Assembly: GCA_050174015.1 (NCBI GenBank)
Contig: JBFXKG010000005.1
Coordinates: 81,994-145,993, forward strand
Length of the DNA stretch: 64,000 nt
Direction of reading: 5' to 3'
From: Candidatus Krumholzibacteriia bacterium
GTDB lineage: Bacteria > Krumholzibacteriota > Krumholzibacteriia > LZORAL124-64-63
Numbering within the stretch: the stretch's first letter is position 1; every line of letters begins with the position of its first letter. Under the pieces are notes generated by a model. That model was not told the DNA's origin. It searched no databases and was given only the letters and a program-made list of their open reading frames with translations. This document shows, one piece after another, positions 39,714 to 48,605 of this stretch. A program made the translations under genes and the position numbers.

Positions 39714-40423
39714 AACGCAGGCTCGAACAGCTGCACAGACGCGCCACGGAGGAGGCCGGAGGAAGCGGACCGTCCGCGGACCACCGCCGATCCCTGCAGG
39801 CCGACCTCGTGACCCGCTATCGCCAGAAGTATCCCCGCCATCGGAGGTGGCTCATGCTGCTCAGTCCCTACACGCGCACCGGTCGTTTCGCCATGGCCCT
39901 GCTGGCCATGGCCGTCCTCAGCGTCGGCGCCTGCTCGACGTCCACCACCACCCAGGTCGAGATGGGCCGGAAGGTCAGCATCGGACTGACCGACAAGGCC
40001 GCATCGATTCCCGACATCGACGCCCGGCTCGGCGAGTTCTTCGCCACGGTCCCGGGCATCGAGAACCTCAACATCAACATCCAGAAGTTCACCGACGGCC
40101 AGGTGGTCTTCGACCTGATGGTGTGGGGCCAGGATCTGGACGGCGAGCAGCTGATCGCCGACCTGCGCCGGGAGATCCCCGAGTTGTCCGACGCCGCCAT
40201 CACCACCGAGGCCCTGACCGGCACCATCGAGGAATCCCTGGTGGACAAGTGGAAGCGCGAGATCTTCCAGATGGAAGTGGACGGGGCGACCGAGGAGGAG
40301 ATCCGCGCCCAGATCCTTGCCCAGCTCGCGGAGCAGGGAGCGGACGACGCCCAGGTCGAGGTCCGCATGGAGGACGGCAAGACGGAGATCAAGGTGATGG
40401 TGACGGAGGACGTGGAGGATTAG
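39695..40423 (+). CDS. Putative anti-sigma factor / membrane protein
   Basis: RBS aagggagg before ATG 39695; overlaps the sigma-gene 3' end; single TM (FAMALLAMAVLSVGA) then an acidic extracytoplasmic domain. Confidence 0.45.
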   Translation: MHGDGLERRLEQLHRRATEEAGGSGPSADHRRSLQADLVTRYRQKYPRHRRWLMLLSPYTRTGRFAMALLAMAVLSVGACSTSTTTQVEMGRKVSIGLTDKAASIPDIDARLGEFFATVPGIENLNINIQKFTDGQVVFDLMVWGQDLDGEQLIADLRREIPELSDAAITTEALTGTIEESLVDKWKREIFQMEVDGATEEEIRAQILAQLAEQGADDAQVEVRMEDGKTEIKVMVTEDVED

Positions 40424-40531
40424 TCCGGCTCCATTCCGGGATGAAGGAACGGCTCCTCGCGAAACGGGGGGCTGTTTTTTCTGCCGTTGCGAGTTATCCT
40501 CCGGAAATGGGCCGATTCAGGAGAGGAATCG

Positions 40532-41296
40532 ATGACCTGCAGCAATGGCCTCGTACTCGACCGCCCCCGCGGCCGCACCATCGTGGTCGGCGACATCCAC
40601 GGCTGCTGGGACGAGTTCGCTACGCTCCTGGATGGCCTGGGCTTCGACGCCGGCGACCTCGTGCTGTGCGTGGGCGACCTCATCGACCGCGGCCCCGACA
40701 CCTGGCGGGTGGCCCGCTTCTTCCGCAAGACCCCCAACGCCCACACCGCCCTGGGCAACCATGAGCGGTTGCTGGCCTGCCACATCCTGGAAAACGGTCC
40801 GGCCGCCTGGTCGCAGCAGCACGCCCTGGCGCAGCTGCCCCGAGAACAGTGGGAAGACTGGGCCCGCTGGCTCCTCGACCGTCCCGCGGTGATCGCCACG
40901 CCCGACGTGGTGGTGACGCACGCCAGGCTGGATCCGGTCGTTCCCCTTGCAGACCAGGATCCCATCCACACCTGCGCCATTGGTGACCCCAACGAATGGA
41001 TCGAGCAGGATCCCGCCGGCGTCCCCCTGTGGATCAGGTCGTGGCAGGACCCGCGTCCGGTTTGCATGGGCCACCTCGTCTACCCGCAAGTCGAACTCGT
41101 ACCCCGCCGGCTGTACGCCCTGGACACCGGTTGCTGCCGCGGGGGAGCGCTGACCGCCCTGGTCCTGCCGGACTTCGGGATCGTCGCCGAACCTGCCCGC
41201 GCCAACCACGCCCTCCTGTCCCGCAAGGCCTGGGAGGCTCAGGCGCCCGGCGAACCGGGAACCGGACAGGACGGATCCCCGGCTGGAACCCCCTAG
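40532..41296 (+). CDS. ApaH-like metallophosphoesterase (Ser/Thr phosphatase / diadenosine tetraphosphatase family)
   Basis: GDIHGC ... GDLIDRG ... GNHE calcineurin-like motifs. Confidence 0.7.
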   Translation: MTCSNGLVLDRPRGRTIVVGDIHGCWDEFATLLDGLGFDAGDLVLCVGDLIDRGPDTWRVARFFRKTPNAHTALGNHERLLACHILENGPAAWSQQHALAQLPREQWEDWARWLLDRPAVIATPDVVVTHARLDPVVPLADQDPIHTCAIGDPNEWIEQDPAGVPLWIRSWQDPRPVCMGHLVYPQVELVPRRLYALDTGCCRGGALTALVLPDFGIVAEPARANHALLSRKAWEAQAPGEPGTGQDGSPAGTP

Positions 41297-41386
41297 CCCG
41301 ATGCCTCGAGGACACGAAGGTTGCGGAACTTAAGGCCATCCTGGATGATATGACCAGTGCACAATGACCACCGAAGGGATCACCAC

Positions 41387-42787
41387 ATGCAACTGACCTT
41401 CCACGGCGCCGCCGGCACCGTCACCGGCTCGCGGCACCTGCTCGAGGCCGCCGGCCAGCGCGTCCTCATCGATTGCGGCCTGTTCCAGGGGCTCAAGCAG
41501 CTGCGGCGGATGAACTGGGATACCCCGGGTTTCGAACCCGGGTTCCTCGATCGCGTCGTCCTGACCCACGCCCACATCGACCACACGGGTTACACCCCCC
41601 GCTTGCTGCAGTACGGGTTCAAAGGGCCGGTCCACTGCACCGAGCCTACCGCCGAACTGCTGGAACTGATGCTCATGGATTCGGCGCACCTGCAGGAGGA
41701 GGACGCGGCCTGGGCGAACAAGAAGGGGTTCTCCAAGCACGATCCCGCCGAACCGCTCTACACGTCGGTGGACGCCCTCAGGACGCTCAAGCTGATCCGG
41801 CCCGAACCGTTCCAGCGCTGGATCGCGTGTTCGGAGGGGATGCGCATGCGCTACCACAATTCCGGACACATCCTCGGCGCGGGTTTCGTGGAGTTCCGCA
41901 TCAAGGCCGACCGGCCCGACACGGTGAATCCGGGCGAGCTGACGGTGATCTTCAGCGGGGACGTCGGCCGCTACGACGTGCCCCTCCACCTCGACCCCGA
42001 GCCCCTGCCCGCCTGCGACGTCCTGATCATCGAATCGACCTACGGCAACCGCACCCACGACCACGAGCCCGTGCTGGAGCAGATCGGCGAGGAGTTCAGG
42101 CGCACGGTGCACAAGCGGGGGGTCATCCTCATCCCGGCGTTCGCGGTCGGACGCACCCAACTGGTGGGCCTGATCCTCCGCGGCCTGATGACCCAGGGCG
42201 ACCTGGCCGAGGTCCCCATCCACATCGACAGTCCCATGGCCATCGACGCGACCCTGATCTACTCGCGCCACCTCTACGACGACAACCTGGACGAGGGCGT
42301 CACGGCCGACGACCGCAGCCGCCTGTTCCCCCGCAACGTGAAGCTGCATCGCACCGTCCACGAGTCCAAGCAGCTCAACACCCTGAAGGGGCCACGGGTG
42401 ATCATCGCGGCCAGCGGGATGATGACCGGGGGGCGCATCCTCCACCATCTCATCCGGCGCCTGCCCGACCATCACAACCTGATCCTGCTGTCGGGCTACC
42501 AGGCGCAGGGTACGCGGGGCCGGTCGCTGCAGGACGGCGCCGACCATCTGCGCATGCACGGCCAGAACGTGCCGGTCCACGCCAAGGTGGCGACCATCGA
42601 TGGACTCAGCAGCCACGCCGACATGAACGAGCTGATGCGCTGGGTCTCCACGGCTCCGCAGCCGCCGAAGCGGGTGTTCGTCGTCCATGGGGAAGAGGAG
42701 CAGTCGAGCCACCTGGCGGGGCTCATTCGTACGGCGACGGGGGCGGAGGTGACCGTTCCGGGTCTGAAGGATTCCTTCGCCTTGTGA
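41387..42787 (+). CDS. MBL-fold beta-CASP ribonuclease (RNase J/CPSF-like)
   Basis: LTHAHIDHTG motif II, beta-CASP region, C-terminal RNA-metabolising MBL motifs (HADMNELMRW, HGEEE). Confidence 0.7.
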   Translation: MQLTFHGAAGTVTGSRHLLEAAGQRVLIDCGLFQGLKQLRRMNWDTPGFEPGFLDRVVLTHAHIDHTGYTPRLLQYGFKGPVHCTEPTAELLELMLMDSAHLQEEDAAWANKKGFSKHDPAEPLYTSVDALRTLKLIRPEPFQRWIACSEGMRMRYHNSGHILGAGFVEFRIKADRPDTVNPGELTVIFSGDVGRYDVPLHLDPEPLPACDVLIIESTYGNRTHDHEPVLEQIGEEFRRTVHKRGVILIPAFAVGRTQLVGLILRGLMTQGDLAEVPIHIDSPMAIDATLIYSRHLYDDNLDEGVTADDRSRLFPRNVKLHRTVHESKQLNTLKGPRVIIAASGMMTGGRILHHLIRRLPDHHNLILLSGYQAQGTRGRSLQDGADHLRMHGQNVPVHAKVATIDGLSSHADMNELMRWVSTAPQPPKRVFVVHGEEEQSSHLAGLIRTATGAEVTVPGLKDSFAL

Positions 42788-42801
42788 CCGGATCCGGGAT
42801 A

Positions 42802-42865
42802 GGGGTCATACCTGATCCCGTCGCTCCGAAAGGCAGGTAGTCGCTCCGGAATCAGGTATGACCCC
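42802..42865. repeat. Palindromic element A: 15-bp perfect inverted repeat (ggggtcatacctgat / atcaggtatgacccc) around a 34-nt loop that carries the shared core in reverse orientation (cgctccgaaaggcaggtagtcgc)
   Basis: Read directly; 15 nt downstream of the RNase gene stop. Confidence 0.7.
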
Positions 42866-42990
42866 CATTCCCGCCGGCGCACATGGCGAAGGCCTTCCTG
42901 CCATTCCCGAAACAGCCGCCTCCGCTCGGATCGCCCCGACAGGGGGCCTACCTCAACGGCCTTGTACGGGGGATGTCCTGCTGGAGCATC

Positions 42991-43060
42991 GGAGATACAA
43001 ACGAAGGCCCCGACGCGACTATCTGCCTTTCGGAGCGTCGGGGCCTTCGTTTGTATCTCC
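42991..43060. repeat. Palindromic element B: 25-bp perfect inverted repeat (ggagatacaaacgaaggccccgacg / rc) with a 19-nt loop gactatctgcctttcggag
   Basis: Perfect complementarity over 25 bp. Confidence 0.75.
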
Positions 43061-43078
43061 AGGGATCCTGTCAGGCAT

Positions 43079-43116
43079 CCCCCGGCGCGACTGTTTGCCT
43101 TTCGGAGCGCCGGGGG
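43079..43116. repeat. Palindromic element C: 10-bp inverted repeat (cccccggcgc / gcgccggggg) with loop gactgtttgcctttcgga, near-identical to the loop of B
   Basis: Loop conserved while the stem sequence differs (compensatory). Confidence 0.7.
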
Positions 43117-43164
43117 CCCTGTCTGTTCATCTACTGCCGCCCAAGGTGAGAGCGACCCGCGGCC

Positions 43165-44631
43165 TCAATCCTGGTTCACGTCGGAGTAGGCGTTCTTCAG
43201 CTCATACCGCGAAACCCCGCGTTTCTTGTCCGGATCGCCCTCGTAGCCCAGGGCCTTCCAGTCGATGCGCCCCTGGCCTTCCTTGGGATGGCAGTCGACG
43301 CACTTCAGGGCGTACTGGGCGGGAGCGACCATGTGGTTGATCTTCCAGTAGGCCGAGGTCTCGGCGAAGCCGTACTCGCCGCCGTACTCCAGGCCCACCG
43401 CCTCCATGCCCTGCTTCATGGCGCTGTCCCAGTCCCACCCGTTCTTCCAGTAGCCGGTCTTGCCGAAGAGCTTGGGCACGGCCAGGATCCGGGCCTGCTT
43501 GTCGTAGGGCTGCTTGCCGCGCATGACCTTGAACGGGTAGATCTTGGCCTTGGGGTCGAGGCGGTTGCCCTGGAGCCAGTTCAGGTGGGTCACGCCGTCG
43601 GGGTTCATCGCATCGCCCAGGGTGTACTGGCCGCTGACCCCGTTGTACCACGCGTAGGTGGGGACGACGTTCTTCTCCCATTTGAAGGAGCCCTTCTTGA
43701 TGTCGTAGACGGGCATCCCGAATTCGTCCACGGTCGCTTCGATGTTCTGGCCGGCGGTGGACCAGTCCCACCAGGTCTTGGTGGGATTGGCGCGGGCGAA
43801 CTGGGGGATGTGGCAGGTCTGGCAGGCCACGGTCTTGTTGTGCCAGTTCAGGATCCGCTTGGCGTGCAGATCCTCGTCGTGGCAGCTGGTGCACTCGAGG
43901 TGGTTGGTGCCCCCGGGCGAATCGAACATGGCGTTGCCCGCGATGTCGTGGTCGGTGGTGGTGTGGCACTCCTGGCAGGTGAAGTCCTGGCCTTCGGGGC
44001 TCATGTGGACGTCGATGGCCAGCGGGGGTTCGGCCAGGGCCTTTTCCAGGTCGCCGTGCTTGACGTTGTTGCCGCCGCCGCCGTAGAAGTGGCAGGCGCC
44101 GCAGTTCTCGCGGCTGGGCATTCCGGCGCTGCGGGCGATGCTGGCCAGGTCCAGGGGCTCCCAGATCTTGCCCTCCCACTCGGTGGGCTCGTAGACGGGA
44201 TGGCCCGCCCCGGTGGGGAACTTCCGGTAGGAGCCGGTCTGGTCATGGCAGACCAGGCAGTCGATGTTCCCGGGGTTGTCGAAGTCGAAGGTTGCGTCCT
44301 TCCAGCCGTAGCCCGCATGGCAGCTGGTGCACCGCGGCCAGTTGGAATCCAGGGCGATGCAGAAATTGTTCAGGGCGTTCTTCTTGCCGAGGGGGACCTG
44401 GCCCTTGCCCACGACGTCCTGGAGGGGCATCCAGGTCCAGTGGGACGTCTTCATGAAGTCGTGGGCGGCGTCGTCATGGCATTCCAGGCAGACCGCGGTC
44501 ACGGCGGGGCCGTTTTCGAAGGGACCTTCGATGTCCTGGTGATCGGGGACCACGTTCAGGGCGAGGGCCTGACCGCAGGCGGCGGCCAGGACCAAGGCCA
44601 GGATGGTCTGGAATTGGGAAACTCGGCGCAT
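43165..44631 (-). CDS. Octaheme c-type cytochrome (octaheme tetrathionate-reductase-like family)
   Basis: Signal peptide MRRVSQFQTILALVLAAACGQALA; eight CxxCH motifs (CLECH, CTSCH, CLVCH, CGACH, CQECH, CTSCH, CQTCH, CVDCH); ggagg RBS; 488 aa. Confidence 0.8.
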   Translation of the reverse strand: MRRVSQFQTILALVLAAACGQALALNVVPDHQDIEGPFENGPAVTAVCLECHDDAAHDFMKTSHWTWMPLQDVVGKGQVPLGKKNALNNFCIALDSNWPRCTSCHAGYGWKDATFDFDNPGNIDCLVCHDQTGSYRKFPTGAGHPVYEPTEWEGKIWEPLDLASIARSAGMPSRENCGACHFYGGGGNNVKHGDLEKALAEPPLAIDVHMSPEGQDFTCQECHTTTDHDIAGNAMFDSPGGTNHLECTSCHDEDLHAKRILNWHNKTVACQTCHIPQFARANPTKTWWDWSTAGQNIEATVDEFGMPVYDIKKGSFKWEKNVVPTYAWYNGVSGQYTLGDAMNPDGVTHLNWLQGNRLDPKAKIYPFKVMRGKQPYDKQARILAVPKLFGKTGYWKNGWDWDSAMKQGMEAVGLEYGGEYGFAETSAYWKINHMVAPAQYALKCVDCHPKEGQGRIDWKALGYEGDPDKKRGVSRYELKNAYSDVNQD

Positions 44632-44860
44632 GGACGTTGCCTCCGTGTGGAGCCCCCGATCCGTCACGTTCCCCCTGTCAGGGACCGGGTCGGAGCGCTG
44701 TGAAATCATTAACCCTGCCTCAAAATTCACCCAGCCCGGGGGTATAATCAAGAAATTTCATGACAAATTGATGACATAAAGGAGATTGGAACCGTCCGAT
44801 ATTCGTTCTGGGAAGTAAATCAAGAGAGCATTCTGCCGACAAAGAGGGCAGGAGGTCGCC

Positions 44861-45265
44861 ATGATCCAGAGATTCTGCCCCCACCTCGAGGAATACGGGG
44901 TCCAGTTCACGAAGACAGCCGCGTCATACGAGGCGTTCAACGCCCACATGGACCGGTTCATCGAGGAAGGTCGCCCGCCGGAACTGGTCGAGGTCCTGAA
45001 TCAGACGCTCGAGGAGTGGCGCAAGGAGAACAGGACCCTGCGGGCCATGTTTCTGGAACTGTACGAAAACGGCAGGATCCTGCTGCCCAAGGGAGCTCTG
45101 CGGCAGGCGCGCCGACACGACCATCAGGTCCACGGGAAGGCCAAATGCAGCGATTGCTTCCGGGAGGTCCCGCGCCTGGTCTTCGGCGAATGGCAGCTGG
45201 CCCACAACGGGATGGTCAACTTCCGCGGCCGGGAACTTCCCCAGGGGACGGGAGCGGGAGTCTGA
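44861..45265 (+). CDS. Hypothetical protein
   Basis: 134 aa; strong RBS aggaggtcgcc before ATG; no recognised domain. Confidence 0.45.
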   Translation: MIQRFCPHLEEYGVQFTKTAASYEAFNAHMDRFIEEGRPPELVEVLNQTLEEWRKENRTLRAMFLELYENGRILLPKGALRQARRHDHQVHGKAKCSDCFREVPRLVFGEWQLAHNGMVNFRGRELPQGTGAGV

Positions 45266-45268
45266 CCC

Positions 45269-45664
45269 TCAGGCTCCGAAGAAGTTCGTCTTGCCCAGGT
45301 TGTCGACGTCCTCGCCGAAGGCCATGACCTCGTCCTCGCTGATCACGAAGGTCGCATGCTGGCCGTAGACCCGGCTGAATTCCACGGACTTGTTCCTGGC
45401 GCCGGGGACCACCAGAGTCAACCGCGCGAAGTTCTTGTTGCTGGGTGAGGTCAGATCCTCGTGGCAGACGGGGCAACAGAACTTCACGGCCTCGCCGGTC
45501 TTCAGGCAGGTCTCGAGCTTCTCGTCGCAGATGAACTTGAAGTTGCCGGGCTGGGGACTGAGCAGGATGAGCCCTCGATTCTTCCTGCACCCGATGGTGA
45601 GGAGGATCTTCACGCTCGGGTTGAGGACGGCGTCGCAGTGGGGACAGATGTAGACTTTCTTCAT
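45269..45664 (-). CDS. Small Zn-ribbon-like protein (CxxC ... CxxC)
   Basis: MKKVYICPHCDAV ... CCPVCHED; 131 aa. Confidence 0.45.
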   Translation of the reverse strand: MKKVYICPHCDAVLNPSVKILLTIGCRKNRGLILLSPQPGNFKFICDEKLETCLKTGEAVKFCCPVCHEDLTSPSNKNFARLTLVVPGARNKSVEFSRVYGQHATFVISEDEVMAFGEDVDNLGKTNFFGA

Positions 45665-46080
45665 TTCCCTACCTCTGGGCACGGAAGCAACGGGAACCCG
45701 GCGCAAGCACCGCAAGCCCGGATCCTATCACATCAGGAACGGGAATCATCCCTCTTTTCCTCTCCGCCGGAGAGGAGGCTCCAGCCGAAGGCCCCGCCCA
45801 TCAGGACCATCAGGACCGGGTTGGAGGTGAGGCTTCAGCCACCCCCGTTGCAGGCGATCCAGCGGTTGGCGAGGAAGCCTGCGGCGGCGCCCAGCCCGGC
45901 CCCCAGGATGGGTCTCGATCGTTTCCAGTTCATGCGGTCCTCCTTGGATTCCTCCAATATCCCATGCGGGAGGGATTTTGCCAGGATCAAATGCCGGATT
46001 CCGATCATTCCCGGGATAAAATATGACCAATGTGGTGAATTTTTATTATGCTTAAAGTCATTCTGGATGGAAAAATCCGG

Positions 46081-46109
46081 TTGACATTTCCTTGTTTTTT
46101 CGATAAACT
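46081..46109 (+). promoter_or_regulatory. Sigma-70-like promoter TTGACA-N17-TAAACT in an AT-rich island upstream of paralogue pair 1
   Basis: Hexamers read directly; surrounding 300 nt are markedly AT-rich compared with the window. Confidence 0.5.
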
Positions 46110-46159
46110 GAATGCATTGAATGTATTCGCAGCGCCAGGGGACGCAGTGCAATCAACCA

Positions 46160-46174
46160 GGAAAAATTCCTGAT
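46160..46174 (+). promoter_or_regulatory. Conserved motif GGAAAAATTCCTGAT (dyad GGAA-AAA-TTCC), copy 1 of 3
   Basis: Same 14-15-mer at 47738 and 49334, each 110-145 nt upstream of an A-type paralogue start. Confidence 0.5.
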
Positions 46175-46313
46175 AACATTTCCCGGTCATGCCCAGGGAA
46201 TCGGGTAAGACCCGGGAAATCCTGGAAACAATTCGCAAGGCATCGGTTTGTGATCGCTCAAAGCGGACATGAATCATCGGAATTGAACACCAAGAACTTC
46301 TGGGGGTCACACC

Positions 46314-46976
46314 ATGATCAGTTTGGTCAAGAAAATGTCCCTGGCGTTGGTCCTGGCAGCGGTGCTGTCCGTGCCGGCCTTCGCCCAGGTCGCTTCCATC
46401 GATTATATCGGATTCGGGTACGAGACCGGAGGCATCTTCCCCAGCGATCCGGGGGATGAACTGGTGGTCGCCGCCATCGCCGACTGGGTCGACGCTGAGT
46501 TCGGCGTCGATCTCGGCGCGGATGAGCTGACCTTCCACGTCTACGGCCTGATCAGCACCGGCCAGTTCAGCTCCGGCGGCAACACCGTGGTCGGCTACAC
46601 GGGCGGCGTCCTGGAGATCTACCAGGATTCCGGCAAGAACGCCGACTGGGGCGTCAATCCCCCCAACGCCACCTCTCCCGGCACCTTCTCCGACGGAACC
46701 CTCTTCTTCCAGGGCTCGTTCAACGACTTCACGCTCTTCTTCACGCCCGACGGCAACGGGGCCTTCGAGGGCTCCCTCGACGCCCTGGGCGGAACGATGA
46801 TCGACGGCAGCTGCGCCGGGTGCGTGTACACCTGGGGCGGGGCGTTCACCCGTGATGCCGGGGCGCTGATTCCAGGGGGTTACGACCTCCAGATCGACGG
46901 CGTGTTCCAGATCGACGCCACCGTTTCCAGCGAGACCAGCAACTGGGGATCCGTCAAGGCCCTGTTCAACAACTAG
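46314..46976 (+). CDS. Secreted paralogue A1 (type-A, CxxC-containing; C-terminal SWGSVKALFNN)
   Basis: Signal peptide; conserved SIDYIGFGYETGG, ELTFHVYGLIS, LEIYQD, DGSCAGCVYTWGGAF; about 65% identity to A2 and A3. Confidence 0.75.
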   Translation: MISLVKKMSLALVLAAVLSVPAFAQVASIDYIGFGYETGGIFPSDPGDELVVAAIADWVDAEFGVDLGADELTFHVYGLISTGQFSSGGNTVVGYTGGVLEIYQDSGKNADWGVNPPNATSPGTFSDGTLFFQGSFNDFTLFFTPDGNGAFEGSLDALGGTMIDGSCAGCVYTWGGAFTRDAGALIPGGYDLQIDGVFQIDATVSSETSNWGSVKALFNN

Positions 46977-47026
46977 GAAGATCAGCCCGGGCCGTGACAG
47001 GCCTGGGATTCCGGGAGGAATACAGC

Positions 47027-47647
47027 ATGAAGAAGAGGATCATGGTTCTGCTGGTCGCCGCCGCCTCGGTCCTGGTTCCCATGACCGCCCAGGCCCAGCA
47101 GCTTTTCGATTTCAACGGCCAGACCGACCTGCCGGACATGGTGGGATCCGACCTGACGATGTACAGCCGGATGTTCGACGCCTCTCCGGCGGTTCCGCCC
47201 ATCCCCCTTGACTTCGCCAACTACGAGTTCACCCTGGTGGTGACCGGGCTCGAACTGGTGACCGACGGGAATCCCCAGGCTTACGCCGGGGGCACCGTGA
47301 TCATCTACCAGGATGACGCCACGCCGGCGGATTACGCCAACACCGGGACCTTCACCGACGGCACCGCCATCCTGGTGGGCAGCCTGGTCAGCCTGAACCG
47401 GACCATGTTCACCTCGTCCCTGGGCTCCGTCCTGGGCACCGTGGACTGGACCGGGGGGACCCGCCTGGACGACATCGCCCCCGAGGATCAGGACGGCTGG
47501 GCCTTCCTGTCGGGTACGATCAACCGGGCCGATTCCGTCGAACCCGGCTTCGATGAGGCCTGGGACGGGAAGGTCGAACCGCAGGAGCCCATCGTGGACG
47601 ATCAGAACAGCAGCTGGGGATCCGTGAAGGCTCTTTTCAGTCGCTAG
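47027..47647 (+). CDS. Secreted paralogue B1 (type-B, Cys-free; C-terminal SWGSVKALFSR)
   Basis: Signal peptide MKKRIMVLLVAAASVLVPMTAQA; conserved QQLFDFNGQ, PIPLDFANYEFTLVV, GGTVIIYQDD, VDWTGGTRLDDIAPEDQDGWAFLSG. Confidence 0.75.
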   Translation: MKKRIMVLLVAAASVLVPMTAQAQQLFDFNGQTDLPDMVGSDLTMYSRMFDASPAVPPIPLDFANYEFTLVVTGLELVTDGNPQAYAGGTVIIYQDDATPADYANTGTFTDGTAILVGSLVSLNRTMFTSSLGSVLGTVDWTGGTRLDDIAPEDQDGWAFLSGTINRADSVEPGFDEAWDGKVEPQEPIVDDQNSSWGSVKALFSR

Positions 47648-47671
47648 CCGCCATGCGAGGCTTGAGGCGCA

Positions 47672-47703
47672 GGGGCCCCGACCAGGTTCGGGGCCCTTTT
47701 TTG
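47672..47703 (+). terminator. Rho-independent terminator after B1 (ggggccccg-accaggtt-cggggccc + T7)
   Basis: GC stem followed by a T-run. Confidence 0.7.
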
Positions 47704-47737
47704 ATAGGTGGCGTCATTTTCCCGCCCTGGTCATTTA

Positions 47738-47752
47738 GGAAAAATTCCTAAT
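47738..47752 (+). promoter_or_regulatory. Conserved motif GGAAAAATTCCTAAT, copy 2; followed by candidate promoter TTGAAA-N17-TAGGAT (47753-47781)
   Basis: Read directly. Confidence 0.5.
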
Positions 47753-47889
47753 ATTGTTGAAATCGTTCGGGAAATGGCGTAGGATTTTTCACAGACGATT
47801 CAAAATTGATGACATAGGGTGCCGGAGATGATGGGAATCACAACGGACGATCCCGGCCGTGATGCGGCCCGGATCCTGGGGGTACGACG

Positions 47890-48558
47890 ATGAAGAGAAC
47901 CTATGTTCCGAAGGTGCTGGTGGGCGCCTTGCTTCCGGCCCTGTTCGCGGTCCCAGCCCTGGGACAGGTCTATTCGATCGATTACTTGGGCTATGCCTGG
48001 GAAACCGGCGGGATCCTGCCCAGCGATGCGGGCGACGAACTGGTCATCGTCAGCGTCGCGGACAACGTCGATCCCGCCTTCGGGGTCGATCTGGGCACCG
48101 ATGAGCTGACCTTCCACGTCTACGGCCTGATCAGCGGCGGCGAGACGGATTTCCTCGGCAACACCATGATCAACTATTCCGGCGGCTACCTGGAGATCTA
48201 CCAGGATCCTTCGCGGAACGCCGATTGGGGCGTCGATCCCCCCAATGCGACCGCGCCCGGCTCCTTCACCGAGGGCAGCCTGTTCTTCCGTGGCGCCTTC
48301 ACGGCGTTCACCCTGTTCTTCGATCCCAGCGGCAGTTACGGTTCCTTCGAGGGGACTCTCGACGGCCTCGCGGGATCGATCATCGACGATGTCTGCTCCG
48401 ACTGCGTGTACACGTGGGGCGGGGCGTTCACCCTGGATGCCGGCGCCCAGATTCCGCAGGGCTATGACCTCCAGATCGACGGCGTCTTCGAGATCGACGC
48501 GGCCGTGTCCTCGGAATCCGCGAGCTGGGGTTCGGTGAAGGCGCTCTTCAACAATTGA
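47890..48558 (+). CDS. Secreted paralogue A2 (C-terminal SWGSVKALFNN)
   Basis: Signal peptide; SIDYLGYAWETGG ... DDVCSDCVYTWGGAF. Confidence 0.75.
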   Translation: MKRTYVPKVLVGALLPALFAVPALGQVYSIDYLGYAWETGGILPSDAGDELVIVSVADNVDPAFGVDLGTDELTFHVYGLISGGETDFLGNTMINYSGGYLEIYQDPSRNADWGVDPPNATAPGSFTEGSLFFRGAFTAFTLFFDPSGSYGSFEGTLDGLAGSIIDDVCSDCVYTWGGAFTLDAGAQIPQGYDLQIDGVFEIDAAVSSESASWGSVKALFNN

Positions 48559-48605
48559 GGTTTGCATCGCTCCGCGGGGGGCTTGTGACATCTGGAGGTT
48601 GCAAC

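Noticed and set aside
42802-43116. CRISPR array
   Set aside because: Only three copies, irregular spacing (about 190 and 75 nt), and the conserved part is the loop rather than a constant repeat with variable spacers; no cas genes nearby.
42858-43340. ORFs 42858..43340, 42883..43149, 42962..43189 spanning the palindromic elements
   Set aside because: Their reading frames are created by the inverted repeats themselves (mirror peptides CLSERRG.../CLSERRG...); no RBS; they lie in a convergent intergenic region.
45835-46152. 105-aa minus-strand ORF in the AT-rich island upstream of A1
   Set aside because: AT-rich regulatory DNA; only the last 32 codons look protein-like and there is no RBS; more likely promoter or leader sequence.
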